A stretch of DNA of 64,000 nucleotides from a virus. Taxonomy: Duplodnaviria > Heunggongvirae > Uroviricota > Caudoviricetes. The position numbers were made by a program, and so were the translations under genes. Location of the stretch: IMG/VR virus record IMGVR_UViG_3300038968_000013, positions 49,317 through 113,316 of that record; one strand, given 5' to 3'. Of the stretch, positions 1-10,486 are shown piece after piece. Numbering within the stretch: the stretch's first letter is position 1; the number at the start of each line of letters is the position of its first letter. Under the pieces are notes generated by a model. That model was not told where the DNA came from, searched no databases, and saw only the letters and a program-made list of their open reading frames with translations.

Positions 1-3000
1 GACGTTCGACGGCGTATCGATCTTCGCAAGCGAGAGCTTCAGAAGCTCGATCGAGGTGGCTGCGTTTGCTCCACCCTCGGCGAGAGACCCGAGCATCGCG
101 GCAATGGTTGCAAAGTCACGCTGCGACTGGTTGCCACCCTTGTCACCAATGATAGAGGTCTTGAAGACAAACCCTAGCGCCTCAAACTGCTTGATCTGCT
201 TGTCGGAAAGCCCGATGCTTTGACCCTGCAGCTTGATGAATTCACGAAGTCCTTCAGTGAACGTTCCTTGCCCACTGCTCTCGAAGTCCTTCGCGAAGTC
301 CTGTCCGAGGCTGCGATCGAAGTTACCCTTGATCCACTCCCCGTCCTGCCATACGGGGACGTTCCCCCAGAATGGCGCGAACCGACGCGACTCGTGCTTG
401 CGGCCCTTATCTTCAAGGAAGCCTTCAAATAGGTTACGGGTGACCGTTCCGCCTGTCTTCGGCTTTGTGAACATCGAGAAGAAGTACAGCGGGAGGATCA
501 TACCGGCGAGCGGGTTGCCGGGGTTCAGCGTCAGGAAGAGGTTTGCCCAGTCCATTGCACCAGCTCCACCGAACTGAGTGCGCTGGAACGAACCAAGAAG
601 GTTGCTCGCGTTGCTTCCACCACCGGGGCTTGTGCCACCGCCCCAGAATCCACCGCCCATAAATGACGACAGCGACCCAAGGCCCGCAGTGAAATTCGCA
701 ACGGCCATGGTGAACTTATCAAAACCACCCATGAAGAGCTTGCGCGTTCCTTCGTTACCGAAGACATTACCACGCCCCTCTTCAAGGGAGTTTAGCCCCA
801 TAAAGGCTTCGACCGCAGCAACGATCGCGGTAAGGATGCCGAAGCTTGCCCATGTGGTGTAGCTCGTTAGCGCATTCGCAATTCCACCAATGACACCAAC
901 CTGGGTTGCACCTTGTGTTCCCATTGCAACAGCTTCAGCCCCACTTGTTGCGCCAACGGGAACCGTCGAAGCCCCAAGCACCGCATCGCTGTACCCAACA
1001 AATCCGGGAGCGATATTCGCGAGACCTTCACCAACGGCACCGGCAATCTGAGACGAGGCACCACCGATCGCGACGTTAAACGCCTCGGTAATTGTGGCTC
1101 CACCGCGCCAAGCGTTGAAGCCGTTGTAGATGCCCTTGAGCACGGACACGACGGAGCCGGTATTCGATACGACCTGACCAAGGTTGCCGTTGACCGCGCC
1201 GAGACCAAACTGCGCAAGGCTGCCAGCTCCTTGAACCGCCTGGCCAGTCTGTCCAGTAAGGCCAAAGATACCGGCGATTGATCCGATGCCGTTTGCAACC
1301 TGACTCCAGCCGCCACCAGAACCATCGCCCCCGGTGCTCATTCCACCGAAGAGTCCGTTCCAGATACCACCAATGATATCAGCGCCACCCTTCACCATCG
1401 CGGGAAGATCGTTGAGGAAGTTCGCGCGGAACTTACCATCGAAGCCAAGCTTGTCCTTCAGCATCCCCTTCAGCATGTCGCCGAAGATTGCCTGTCCAGA
1501 CCGCTTGAAGATCTCCATCGCATCGAGACCCTTGTTGGTGCCCTGAAGGATACCGTCTACAAGGCCGTCGATGATGTTGTTGATCGACTCACCAAGATCA
1601 ATCGTGGTGTCCTCGATCTTCTTGCGCAGCTTTTCGATCGCCTGCTCTTGACGTGCAAGTAGCTCGACGTTTTCACCAGTCTGCCCATTTGATTCAGCCT
1701 GTGCCTTTGCCAGCTGAATCTCTGCTTCCTCCATCGAAAGCTTTCCGGCATGAACAAGTGTAAGAAGATCCAGCTCCTTCGCACGTAGCTCGATCGACTT
1801 ATTGACGCTTGCGTTTTCCTGCTGGGCGCTGCTGAGAATAGACTCCTGGTTCTCAAGGGTCGCCTTAGTGACCGCATCGCGAAGCAGCTGTTCCTTCTGT
1901 AGTGCAGGAATAGTCTTTGCGCGCTCTGCGAGTACCTTGGCTTCGGCAAGAGCTTCCGCCTTCTTAATGTCGACTGCCTTTACCGTCGACTGGTTGAGGG
2001 TCTGTAGCGCAACGATACGCGCCTGGATCATCTGGATATCGCGTGGTGTATCGTACAGAAGATCCTGAACCTTCTTCAGGTCAGCTTCAGCCCGCTGGAT
2101 CTCGATCAGCGCAACCTTCTCCTTCGCTAGCTGTGCCGCTAGCTCTGCGGACTTTGCGGACACACCCTTCTTGCCAGCGGCAACCAGAGCATCCGTCTCG
2201 GCCACAAGGCGAGCCTGCGCGATTCCTTCCTCGCGGATCTTGATCTCTAGCCGTGTGGCTTCGATCTCTTCCTTGAGGGAGTCGAGTGCATCGTTGGTCT
2301 TGGGCTTGTCCTTCGGAGGGTCGGTGCGCTTACCTTCTGGCGCAGGGGGTCCGTACGCGCCGATGGCGATACCAGGGATGGAGTTGGCAGCTGCGAGCGC
2401 CATGTTGTCGAGCGCCACACCAGCAGCAACAGCCTTGTTGTAAACGTCAAGAAGGTAGGTCTGGAGATTCTGGAAGTAGGTTTGCAGCGCCTGCTGCTTC
2501 TCTGGGTCCATCTCAAGGCTAAGCCCATCGAACACACCCAGCTCTTCGGCGGTCTTTTGGAGAGCGTCTACGCTGTTCTTAAACTCGGTGTTAAGGTTGA
2601 TCGAGTTGTTGACAAGATCCTTGATTCCCTGCGCAGCGTTCAGCGCATCCTGGCGTACCGCCTTCAGCGCCTCCTGCATCTCCTTCGAGGTTTGCGCAAA
2701 CTCGTTACTGCCATCTCCAACGTCCGTTAGCTTCTCGACGAGCCCATCAAACACGCCCGTGAGAGAGAGCGCGGCGGTGATCGCAATTGCGGCAAGCGCA
2801 GCAAGACGTCCCCACGGCAGCGCAAGAAAGGCTGCCCCGGTTTCGAGGATCGCGATACGGAGATTAGTGAAAGCAACGGTGAGAAGGATGATAAGTGTCT
2901 GCGCCCCCGCATACAGAATAGCGGTTTGTGCAATGGCGCTAGCGAGACCACCCATTGCCTTGATGACGTTATACATCATCTCAGCAAACTTACTCAGGGC

Positions 3001-4017
3001 AATCACACCATCCAGGATTAGGTCAGTGAGGTTAAAGAATCCGTTTGCAAGGGACGGAAGGAGATTCGCGAAGCCCCGGAGCGCGGTGTTCGCGGCTTGG
3101 TCGAAGATGTCGCGCATTCCGGCGACCTTCTCTGTGAGACCGATGACCTCCTTAACGCCACCACGGAGCGCGTTGACGAAGTTCTCGTTTTCGACGACCG
3201 ACTTACCAAACTCCTCGGACAGCGCCCCGAGCATCTGGGAAAGGATGCCCATCTGTCCAGAGTAGTTCTGAACCTGCGCTGCTGCTGATCCACCGAAGCG
3301 TGCCTCGATGATCTTCAGCGCCTGCTCAAGCTTATGCGCCTTCGTGGCACCTTCATCCACCACGATGCCGAAGCGCGAGAGCGTGGCAAACTGACCTTGG
3401 AGTGCCTTACCAATAAGGAGAGCCGCCGCATTGACGTCCTTACCCATCGCAGTTGACAGGTCGAGGGATGCCTTTGTCAGTCGCTCGATATTTTCTTTGG
3501 TTGCACCGAACGCGGTAAGCTGGCCGCTAATGTTGACAATGACATCATCACCGACGCCAGTTAGTCGCTGATACTCGGTTGCCAGCTCTAGGATCTTGTC
3601 CTTGAGTCCGGTTGTGCCTTCCCCTACGTTACGGAGAAGAACGTCGAGCTTCGCAACGGCAACCTGCTTCTCTGAGGCGGCGGTAACGGCGCTGCGAACC
3701 GCATCAGCAAAGAGAGAGAACCCGCGCTGAATCTGAACCAGGGTACCGCGTAGTGTGAAGAACGCGAGGTTCCCCTGGAACACGCCGCGAGTCAGATCGG
3801 TAACCGACGCCCCAGTCTTCCGTGCCGCATTCGAGGCGCCGTTAAGGGCATTCGACGTTTGCTGGACGGTTGTAGTGTGGACCTTGATGTTGCCGCTAGT
3901 CTTCGCAATGGCGTTAGAGAGGTTGCCAATCTCCTGGGTAAGCCTCTGCACTTCAGCAGCACTTGCGCCTACATCAACTCGGAGATTAACTGTAACGTCA
4001 TTGTTGGCTGCAGCCAT
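1..4017 (-). CDS. tail tape measure protein (partial; C-terminus lies beyond window start)
   Basis: Minus-strand ORF from ATG at 4017 stays open to position 1 (>1330 codons), so it is absent from the track. Translation is Ala/Gly/Gln-rich with long coiled-coil-like stretches and Gly-rich hydrophobic segments. It sits directly downstream of the G/G-T chaperone pair. Confidence 0.85.
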   Translation of the reverse strand, partial: MAAANNDVTVNLRVDVGASAAEVQRLTQEIGNLSNAIAKTSGNIKVHTTTVQQTSNALNGASNAARKTGASVTDLTRGVFQGNLAFFTLRGTLVQIQRGFSLFADAVRSAVTAASEKQVAVAKLDVLLRNVGEGTTGLKDKILELATEYQRLTGVGDDVIVNISGQLTAFGATKENIERLTKASLDLSTAMGKDVNAAALLIGKALQGQFATLSRFGIVVDEGATKAHKLEQALKIIEARFGGSAAAQVQNYSGQMGILSQMLGALSEEFGKSVVENENFVNALRGGVKEVIGLTEKVAGMRDIFDQAANTALRGFANLLPSLANGFFNLTDLILDGVIALSKFAEMMYNVIKAMGGLASAIAQTAILYAGAQTLIILLTVAFTNLRIAILETGAAFLALPWGRLAALAAIAITAALSLTGVFDGLVEKLTDVGDGSNEFAQTSKEMQEALKAVRQDALNAAQGIKDLVNNSINLNTEFKNSVDALQKTAEELGVFDGLSLEMDPEKQQALQTYFQNLQTYLLDVYNKAVAAGVALDNMALAAANSIPGIAIGAYGPPAPEGKRTDPPKDKPKTNDALDSLKEEIEATRLEIKIREEGIAQARLVAETDALVAAGKKGVSAKSAELAAQLAKEKVALIEIQRAEADLKKVQDLLYDTPRDIQMIQARIVALQTLNQSTVKAVDIKKAEALAEAKVLAERAKTIPALQKEQLLRDAVTKATLENQESILSSAQQENASVNKSIELRAKELDLLTLVHAGKLSMEEAEIQLAKAQAESNGQTGENVELLARQEQAIEKLRKKIEDTTIDLGESINNIIDGLVDGILQGTNKGLDAMEIFKRSGQAIFGDMLKGMLKDKLGFDGKFRANFLNDLPAMVKGGADIIGGIWNGLFGGMSTGGDGSGGGWSQVANGIGSIAGIFGLTGQTGQAVQGAGSLAQFGLGAVNGNLGQVVSNTGSVVSVLKGIYNGFNAWRGGATITEAFNVAIGGASSQIAGAVGEGLANIAPGFVGYSDAVLGASTVPVGATSGAEAVAMGTQGATQVGVIGGIANALTSYTTWASFGILTAIVAAVEAFMGLNSLEEGRGNVFGNEGTRKLFMGGFDKFTMAVANFTAGLGSLSSFMGGGFWGGGTSPGGGSNASNLLGSFQRTQFGGAGAMDWANLFLTLNPGNPLAGMILPLYFFSMFTKPKTGGTVTRNLFEGFLEDKGRKHESRRFAPFWGNVPVWQDGEWIKGNFDRSLGQDFAKDFESSGQGTFTEGLREFIKLQGQSIGLSDKQIKQFEALGFVFKTSIIGDKGGNQSQRDFATIAAMLGSLAEGGANAATSIELLKLSLAKIDTPSNV

Positions 4018-4047
4018 AGCAACAGTCCTATAGTGTGGGGTTAAGGT

Positions 4048-4913
4048 TTAGACATCATCCTCGTCATCGAGGACAATGATTTCATCTTCGCCGTTCAGGA
4101 TTTGAAGTGCGAGCTGAATACGGGAGAAGATGCGTTCCCGGTCTTGCCCTTCGATGTTGTACGTGGTGTACGCAAAGAGCATGCGGTCGGTATCGAGGTA
4201 CCAACGCGAGGTTTTGTCTTTGGGATCGGTGTGCTTGGCGCACGCGAGACGGAAGACCTTCAGAGCGAAGTTTCCGGCCTCTCCCGCAGCGATGAAAGGA
4301 CAGAGGTCACAGTCCTCATCTTCGGGGTGCTCTCCCACGCAACATGCGCGGCAGAGCCCTGGTCGCGGCGAAAACCCGTTGGCTGTCTTTCGTTCGCAGT
4401 CAAAACAGTCAACGGGCTTTGTCGCATTTTGGAGGTAGCGGAAGAGGCGGACTATTTTCCCAGGTCGTCTTCGTCCTGGGCCTTGTCCTCTTCGTCCCAT
4501 TCATCCATGACTTCCTTGATGCGGTTAGCATACTTGTCCGGAAGCGCATTCAGATAAATGAGTTCACTGTCTGCTTGGTTGAAGGGAAGCTCACCACCGT
4601 TCGACTCCTGGACCTTCTTCAGCTCCGTGAGTGCGTCCGGATAGATCGCAATCTTCAGTGGCCCGGTCAGCGTATCGATCGTGAGACCGCGCCAGCCCTT
4701 AACCACACGACGTGTGTACGCACGCGCATGCTTCTCGCGGTCGACTTCCGCCACACCCTTACGGCCTGGGGCGATACACGCCTTACCAATCATGTCTCGC
4801 TCTTTTGGAGAGAGCCAGTGAATGTTTACAACAAACTTGTCCGCGATTACGACTTCCTTCTCGCGGTCTGGGATCTCGTTTACCTTCCCAGAAAGAAAAC
4901 CACCAACTGCCAT
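4048..4913 (-). CDS. tail assembly chaperones G (4452..4913) and G-T fusion (T part 4048..4461, reached by -1 frameshift)
   Basis: Two overlapping minus ORFs, with the downstream one in the -1 frame. A GGGAAAA heptamer lies just before the upstream stop codon, and both have acidic C-termini. The position between the major tail protein and the tape measure protein matches lambda G/GT. Confidence 0.7.
4455..4461 (-). other. programmed -1 ribosomal frameshift slippery heptamer G_GGA_AAA
   Basis: Minus strand reads CTG GGA AAA TAG. Slipping back 1 nt gives GGG AAA ATA GTC CGC CTC TTC, i.e. G K I V R L F, which matches the downstream ORF translation exactly. Confidence 0.7.
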
Positions 4914-5008
4914 GTTACTTTCCTACCTGTACCTAGATAGAGTATGGTGGGGCAGGATGAACGCTCACGGTATGGTTTACGCCAGAGCCTGCCCCGATGT
5001 TTTGATGC

Positions 5009-6034
5009 TTAGGTGAAGACGAGCGTTAGTTCGCTGTCGTCGTTACCTGTTCCTACCGCTAGATTGTACTGCAGCTGCAGGGTGAGAAGACCAACGTCGT
5101 CTGCCTGCGTGACACTTTGCAGCTGACCCTTAGCAATCATCTGCATGCGCTTTCCAACTCCAGACCCGTGAGTAAAGTTGATGGTCTGGATGAAGCCGGT
5201 GCGAAGGTCATCGTAGAACTGCTGCGCATTAGCCGAGTCACAACCGATCGTGATCTGCAGCGTCGGTGAGCGCCCTACAATCAGCAGACCGTATAGACCG
5301 TCCGCTGAGTTCGCATCCTTATCTTCCTGAACGTCGATACCCGCATCAAGCGAGAACGACTTAAACTTCAGAGATGCCGCTGCAATTGTTCCCACGTTTG
5401 TGGTGATAGTGCAGCCCGAGCTTTCCATTGTTTCGGAAGTGTTACCCGCTGACTGGAAGTGCGCCGAGGTGACATTTTGTGCTGTCGTTACCGTGGGGTT
5501 ACCGTTAATGACACCCGTTAGCGTTGGATCAACCGTAATAACCTGACCCGCCGATCCAGCCATTGTGTACGTACCGAAAACACCCTTTAGCTTGTAAAGA
5601 AGTGCATTCGTGCCAACATCGGAACGCTGAACTTCGACAAGGCCGTCCTCGAAACCAGACGAGCGGAAGGTGTAGGTAAGCGAAGAAGATCCGGCCGATG
5701 CCGACTCAGACATACCGCACATGCGGAGAATGCGGCCAAGACGGAACTTCGGAGACTCGACTGTACCAGGGATCTGCGCCCCGCTGTTTCCGATTCCGAT
5801 AACCACAAGGCCAGGCGTCAGACGATAAAGCTGACGACCAACCGCATCGGAAGTCTTCGACATCGACTGACGAAGCTCCTGCAGGTTTACAAGGTCCGTA
5901 TCAATCTGAACCGGAGTGGTGTTCCGGAACTGATGGATACAGCTTGACATGTTGGGAGAGGTGCCGCCCCCATAGGTTGCCGTGGAGTTTACAGCCACAC
6001 TCATCGCAACGATACGTGATAGATGTGATGCCAT
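5009..6034 (-). CDS. major tail (tube) protein, putative
   Basis: 341-aa ORF immediately upstream of the chaperone pair, Gly/Thr/Ser-rich and beta-type in composition. The call rests on synteny. Confidence 0.6.
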   Translation of the reverse strand: MASHLSRIVAMSVAVNSTATYGGGTSPNMSSCIHQFRNTTPVQIDTDLVNLQELRQSMSKTSDAVGRQLYRLTPGLVVIGIGNSGAQIPGTVESPKFRLGRILRMCGMSESASAGSSSLTYTFRSSGFEDGLVEVQRSDVGTNALLYKLKGVFGTYTMAGSAGQVITVDPTLTGVINGNPTVTTAQNVTSAHFQSAGNTSETMESSGCTITTNVGTIAAASLKFKSFSLDAGIDVQEDKDANSADGLYGLLIVGRSPTLQITIGCDSANAQQFYDDLRTGFIQTINFTHGSGVGKRMQMIAKGQLQSVTQADDVGLLTLQLQYNLAVGTGNDDSELTLVFT

Positions 6035-6047
6035 ATTTCATTCCCCT

Positions 6048-7130
6048 TTACATAACGCCACTGCGTTTCATGTAGTTGGTAAGTGAGTTTGCGACTTGTC
6101 TCCCGGTTGACTCCCACGTCAAGTGTTGGATGGACCGTGATGCGCGCTTCCCCATTTGTAGAGCGCGTCGATAATCGCGCATGATTGATTCCATAGCCTC
6201 AATGGTGTCTGGAATACTTGCCAGCGCACTATTGAGAACTGTCTCTAAACCGTCGATCGTTGCATACCGATTGTTGTACGGCTGCCACGATACATATTTC
6301 ACCGTCTCGCTCGACGTGAAATCTAAGACACCACTGTACTTCGTAACGATGCACGGAAGCCCGGTGGACATTGCCTCGATCAGCGTCAAACCAAATCCTT
6401 CCGCTGCTGTCGGGAAAACGAACCCGTGGCTGCGGTGATAGGTTTCTGCGAGGTCTTTGACGTGCAGCTTCCGGAAATCGAGGACGATGTTATCCTTCCA
6501 AACGACTCCGGGTGAATGCTGCGTATACCCGTCTAGTAGCGCGCGACCAACCGCAGGTTCATAATCAGCGGTGGTCAGCTTGCAGTACAGGTGGCAGTCT
6601 TTCCTGCCGTAGAACTTCTTATTCCAGACAGCCTCGATAACGTCATACCCCTTACGAGCTGACGGGCTGCCAACAATGAGCCACTGGAACGAATCTCCCG
6701 CAGCCCAGGTCCGCTTCTTGTAGGGGAAGTTTTCGTGCTCCACCCCGAGCGGAATGATCTCGATGTCACACCCGACGTGCTTGCGAAAAATGTCGTAGCA
6801 AAACTGCGTCGGGACAATCAGGTGATCCGCGTTCCACAGATACGGTCGGTGCTCCTCTGGGAAATCTGCGGATTCCCACATCGAGAAGAGCACATTCTTC
6901 TTACCGCGAATCGGTCGGAAGTTGCGCGGCGAAGCAACGTGAAAGGCTACCTCGCTGCGCGGGTTGAGGGTGACGCCGTACTTCCGTACCGTAGTCAGCA
7001 GATGGCGGTTTGTCTCACACCATCCAAGATCCCACGTTTGGCCCTCGATATTGCGGTTGGTCCAGTGTACGCCAGGCATTACTGAAACAGCATTCCCAGC
7101 GCATCTTGCAGACGCTTCGTGCGAACCCAC
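6048..7130 (-). CDS. glycosyltransferase, GT-B fold (GT4-like)
   Basis: Motif EGFGLTLIEAMSTGLPCIVT matches the GT4 E-x7-E region. A likely internal start at M18 (7079) abuts the upstream gene with a 1-nt overlap. Confidence 0.8.
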   Translation of the reverse strand: MGSHEASARCAGNAVSVMPGVHWTNRNIEGQTWDLGWCETNRHLLTTVRKYGVTLNPRSEVAFHVASPRNFRPIRGKKNVLFSMWESADFPEEHRPYLWNADHLIVPTQFCYDIFRKHVGCDIEIIPLGVEHENFPYKKRTWAAGDSFQWLIVGSPSARKGYDVIEAVWNKKFYGRKDCHLYCKLTTADYEPAVGRALLDGYTQHSPGVVWKDNIVLDFRKLHVKDLAETYHRSHGFVFPTAAEGFGLTLIEAMSTGLPCIVTKYSGVLDFTSSETVKYVSWQPYNNRYATIDGLETVLNSALASIPDTIEAMESIMRDYRRALQMGKRASRSIQHLTWESTGRQVANSLTNYMKRSGVM

Positions 7131-7813
7131 TTCTCGAAGAACACCTTCGCGTTCTTTGGGTCCAGCACGTTCATGTCACGCGTGCCGCCGAAATTGTGCG
7201 TGACCTTCGCGTCGTACACCATGAGTGGATATTGACCGAACGCCTCAACTTGGCGCAGACAGTAATCCACATCTTCAAACGAGTAGAAGTACTCGGTGCT
7301 CAGTCCCCCGAGCGAGTCCCACGCATCCTTACGGACCAGAACACAGGCAAACGTCACCCACGGGCAGTATAGCGACTTGACCACATTCTCCGGGTCGATT
7401 CCCGCTTGAATGTGTACCGGCATCATATCACTGTGCCGGAAGCCGCAGCCCGCATGAATGAGCTGATTTTTCGTCGTAACGATCTTACAGCCCAAGAGAG
7501 GTAGCGCGCGCTGTTTCCATAGCGCATCAATACAGTCAGGGTCTACGATGACATCATTGTTGACGAGGAGAAGGTGTGACCCTATCGCCCCCCGTGCCCC
7601 GATGTTGTTCCCTTCCGAGAACGACGTATTGTACCCCGGCGTAATGATGGTCCATCCGTATTCACAGGCAATGTCGACCGTTTCTTGGTCGGTGCCATTT
7701 TGAATCAGGATCTTCTCCACAACCGGGAAACGATCCGGGATGGATGCCGCGAGACGTGCAAAGTAATCTGGCCGATCCTTCGACAGGCAGACTACGGTAA
7801 TACCTTCAACCAC
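7079..7813 (-). CDS. glycosyltransferase, GT-A fold (GT2-like)
   Basis: N-terminal VVCLSKDRPDYF is a typical GT2 start. LVNNDVIV provides a DxD-type motif. Confidence 0.7.
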   Translation of the reverse strand: MVEGITVVCLSKDRPDYFARLAASIPDRFPVVEKILIQNGTDQETVDIACEYGWTIITPGYNTSFSEGNNIGARGAIGSHLLLVNNDVIVDPDCIDALWKQRALPLLGCKIVTTKNQLIHAGCGFRHSDMMPVHIQAGIDPENVVKSLYCPWVTFACVLVRKDAWDSLGGLSTEYFYSFEDVDYCLRQVEAFGQYPLMVYDAKVTHNFGGTRDMNVLDPKNAKVFFEKWVRTKRLQDALGMLFQ

Positions 7814-7915
7814 TCCACAACTTCCATGTACCTAGAAAAGAGCCCCGTGTTGGAGTTTCACCACCAGTACGGTCCCTAATCAGGGGACCATACGCAAATG
7901 GCCAGGGCGTAAAAG

Positions 7916-8395
7916 CTAGCTCTTAACGTATGCTTCGCGGGGATTACCCAGCACGGTCGAGAATCGGGCTACGAATTGCACGTAGGCTCCGGGCTGAAAC
8001 TCATCGACCTCTGAAACCGCGACCATCGTTTGGTAGGGGACCAGATCTACTGATGCCCCACCAATGCTCCAAGGTGTGCCGGAAAGAAGAACTTGCTTCA
8101 CATCGGCTGCCATCTCGGCACCAACTTCTGCAGCAGAATAGCATGTTTGGCCACTGATTACAAGGTGTATGTCAAGTTCGGATTGGACCCCATCTACCCA
8201 AGTATTGAGGTTTTCTTCCTCGACGCCGCCCCAAATAAAGATACAGGGCTGAGCCGTCTGGGAATCGAGGGTAGCCTCATTAGGCATCAGCTCGTAGACT
8301 TCCCGGCAGTTAAACGAGTGACCGTTGGCCACCGAGATATTTCGGAGCGCAGCGGCTAGATCCTTGACGATTTGTGTACGAATTGACAGTGCCAT
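7916..8395 (-). CDS. tail terminator / tail completion protein, putative
   Basis: 159-aa ORF between the neck genes and the tail genes. Called by synteny only. Confidence 0.35.
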   Translation of the reverse strand: MALSIRTQIVKDLAAALRNISVANGHSFNCREVYELMPNEATLDSQTAQPCIFIWGGVEEENLNTWVDGVQSELDIHLVISGQTCYSAAEVGAEMAADVKQVLLSGTPWSIGGASVDLVPYQTMVAVSEVDEFQPGAYVQFVARFSTVLGNPREAYVKS

Positions 8396-9081
8396 TACTT
8401 CAAGTTCCCTAGGTCTAGGAGGTCGACTAGACGGGTCGCAATCGCGGGGCCGACATCAGGAACGATCCGGTCCCGAGCCTCCTGCAGGTAGCGGCGCCCA
8501 ACGCCCTTTCCTCCACCAATCTTCACATGGGTTGCCGCAGCAAAGAGCGGAATGACCTTATCCCGCTGTTGCCCACGACCCCGGTCTTCCCCACGGGTGC
8601 GGCGTCGCTTCCCGCGACCCTTAAGGGCCTTGACGCCGTAAAGCACGTCATTCCACCAGAAGGTCCGATCGAATAGCTCGCGAGCCTGGAGTGCGGTGAA
8701 CTTCGGTACCCCAGCTGCCGTCATAGCAGCCTTAAGGGGAATCGTCATGACCTTCGCCTTACGGGGCTCCGCGTCAGCTCCAAACTCCTGCGCACCACCG
8801 TAGATCGGAATCTTGCCATTCTCAGGCTTGAGGATTCCGAGCTTCGCCGTGATCGTGTCGTTATCCTTTTCGACCTTACCCATGATCGAGGCACGCAGCT
8901 TACCGGTGCGTGGGGTAAGGATCTTCCGCGTTAGGTTGTCCTTCGCGTACACTTCCGCCAGCTTCATCGACGCGCGCAGCGTATCTTCGGTCGCCTTGAC
9001 GATCTTCGTATCGATCGTCTTCAGGCGACGAACCAGCGCCTTGAGCGGCTTCAGGTCGACGGCGACCTTCACACTCGCCAT
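8395..9081 (-). CDS. head-tail joining (neck) protein, putative
   Basis: 228-aa ORF downstream of the gp6-like adaptor. It carries an Arg/Lys-rich insert. Called by synteny only. Confidence 0.3.
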   Translation of the reverse strand: MASVKVAVDLKPLKALVRRLKTIDTKIVKATEDTLRASMKLAEVYAKDNLTRKILTPRTGKLRASIMGKVEKDNDTITAKLGILKPENGKIPIYGGAQEFGADAEPRKAKVMTIPLKAAMTAAGVPKFTALQARELFDRTFWWNDVLYGVKALKGRGKRRRTRGEDRGRGQQRDKVIPLFAAATHVKIGGGKGVGRRYLQEARDRIVPDVGPAIATRLVDLLDLGNLK

Positions 9082-9659
9082 TACAGTCGAACCACCGCGT
9101 AGGCAGACAGAATCGAGTTCACTGCCGGAAGAAACTCCAGCGACGTGTAGGACGCAGAACTATTCCCAGTGCCCTGTGACTGCAGCCCCGACTTACTGGC
9201 TAGCTCGATCTCATGCCCCGCCTGTAGGATGCACGCGAACTTGATGTCGTCCGGAATCGGATCAAAGCCACCCACGTAGATTACCTGGACCGTGTTAAAT
9301 CCCTCAAGAAACGCGGTGTAGCGCAGCTTGAGAATTCCCGCCTCGGTGTCAACGCCGTACGACGTGGTGGACATGGCTGCAGCGGTTGAGAAATCACTCG
9401 TTGACGATTCCTTCACAGACGTCACGCTGGCAATCGGAAGTGCATGCAGCTGGAGCACTGACTGCTCTGCTGCTGGTGAGAAGTACTCCGTGTACGTATC
9501 CTTCGTGAACCGACGTCCGATCTTCTTCTCGAAGCGACTCGATACCGACTTGATCGCGAGCTGGTAGAATTCTTCGTCCGCAACATCGACCGTCGCCGCG
9601 CGAATCTTACGGAAGGATGGATGCAGCTTCAGTTCATCTAGTGTGCAAAACTCTGCCAT
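9081..9659 (-). CDS. head-tail connector (gp6-like adaptor) protein
   Basis: N-terminus CTLDELKLHPSFRKI resembles the gp6-like connector family start (..LDE.K.HLRI..). The position in the operon fits. Confidence 0.5.
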   Translation of the reverse strand: MAEFCTLDELKLHPSFRKIRAATVDVADEEFYQLAIKSVSSRFEKKIGRRFTKDTYTEYFSPAAEQSVLQLHALPIASVTSVKESSTSDFSTAAAMSTTSYGVDTEAGILKLRYTAFLEGFNTVQVIYVGGFDPIPDDIKFACILQAGHEIELASKSGLQSQGTGNSSASYTSLEFLPAVNSILSAYAVVRL

Positions 9660-10051
9660 TACGAGGTTACCTTCCGTAGGTTCTCAACGCGGAAACGAAC
9701 TTCGTGGGCGCCCTGCTTCGTTGGAGAGCCGTAGAAGAAATCGAAGCGCGCGATGTGCAGCTCTGTATTAAAACGCTCGTCGATGATTGGGTTGTCCGCT
9801 GACTGCATATTCCACGTCAGTAGCCCCGAGGTTGGATGGATCTCGACGTTGTTTGTGTTCTTGACGTCCTGCTCATTCCGCCCGTTGATGATATTCGCGG
9901 TCAGGGGTGACGGTTCGGGAACATCAGCATTGAACAGTGTCAGCGTAATCGCCGTAAGCGAGGCGAGCGGGATCACTGTCCCCGTCTCATCCTTGAGCGT
10001 GGCGGTATAAATTGCTGCGGTATCCTGTTTGACGCGGAAAGTATTGACCAT
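9659..10051 (-). CDS. hypothetical virion-module protein
   Basis: 130-aa ORF, translationally coupled to its neighbours. Confidence 0.4.
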   Translation of the reverse strand: MVNTFRVKQDTAAIYTATLKDETGTVIPLASLTAITLTLFNADVPEPSPLTANIINGRNEQDVKNTNNVEIHPTSGLLTWNMQSADNPIIDERFNTELHIARFDFFYGSPTKQGAHEVRFRVENLRKVTS

Positions 10052-10054
10052 GGG

Positions 10055-10486
10055 TTACTCTGTCAGTTGGTCGAGGGAGGTCTGAAACACCGTCTGCTTC
10101 TTTGCGGCTTCTTCGTCGGAGAGAGCAGAGCGATACAGATGCTCCGTTGAGCAGGCGGGACACAGGACGGTGTGACGCTCACCATCATATGGCGGCGCCC
10201 CAATTAGCTCTGAAATGTCCTGCCCGCAGTGTGTGCGGAGGTCCATCAGCTTTACGAGGCTGGTGTTCCACGCACCAAGCGTGTCTTCCGTGGGCAGCTC
10301 CGAAGCTCCGAGAATTTCGTTGAGCGCAATCGTCAGCTGCTTCAGCCCATGCCAATCCTGTTCGTCGATAAGGCGATGACGCTTGGCATTGATTGCACGC
10401 ATCCGATCTTCATGGAGACGGCGCGGCCCACGGCAGTAAACCTTGAGGAATCCCCTATTGAATTCCTGTTGCTGTGCATTCGTCAT
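10055..10486 (-). CDS. hypothetical virion-module protein
   Basis: 143-aa ORF in the same operon. Confidence 0.4.
   Translation of the reverse strand: MTNAQQQEFNRGFLKVYCRGPRRLHEDRMRAINAKRHRLIDEQDWHGLKQLTIALNEILGASELPTEDTLGAWNTSLVKLMDLRTHCGQDISELIGAPPYDGERHTVLCPACSTEHLYRSALSDEEAAKKQTVFQTSLDQLTE

Noticed and set aside
174-3293. Many 60-230-aa ORFs on both strands between 1 and 4033
   Set aside because: They are frame shadows of the single long minus-strand tape-measure ORF, which stays open from 4017 to the window edge. GC-rich DNA yields long spurious frames.
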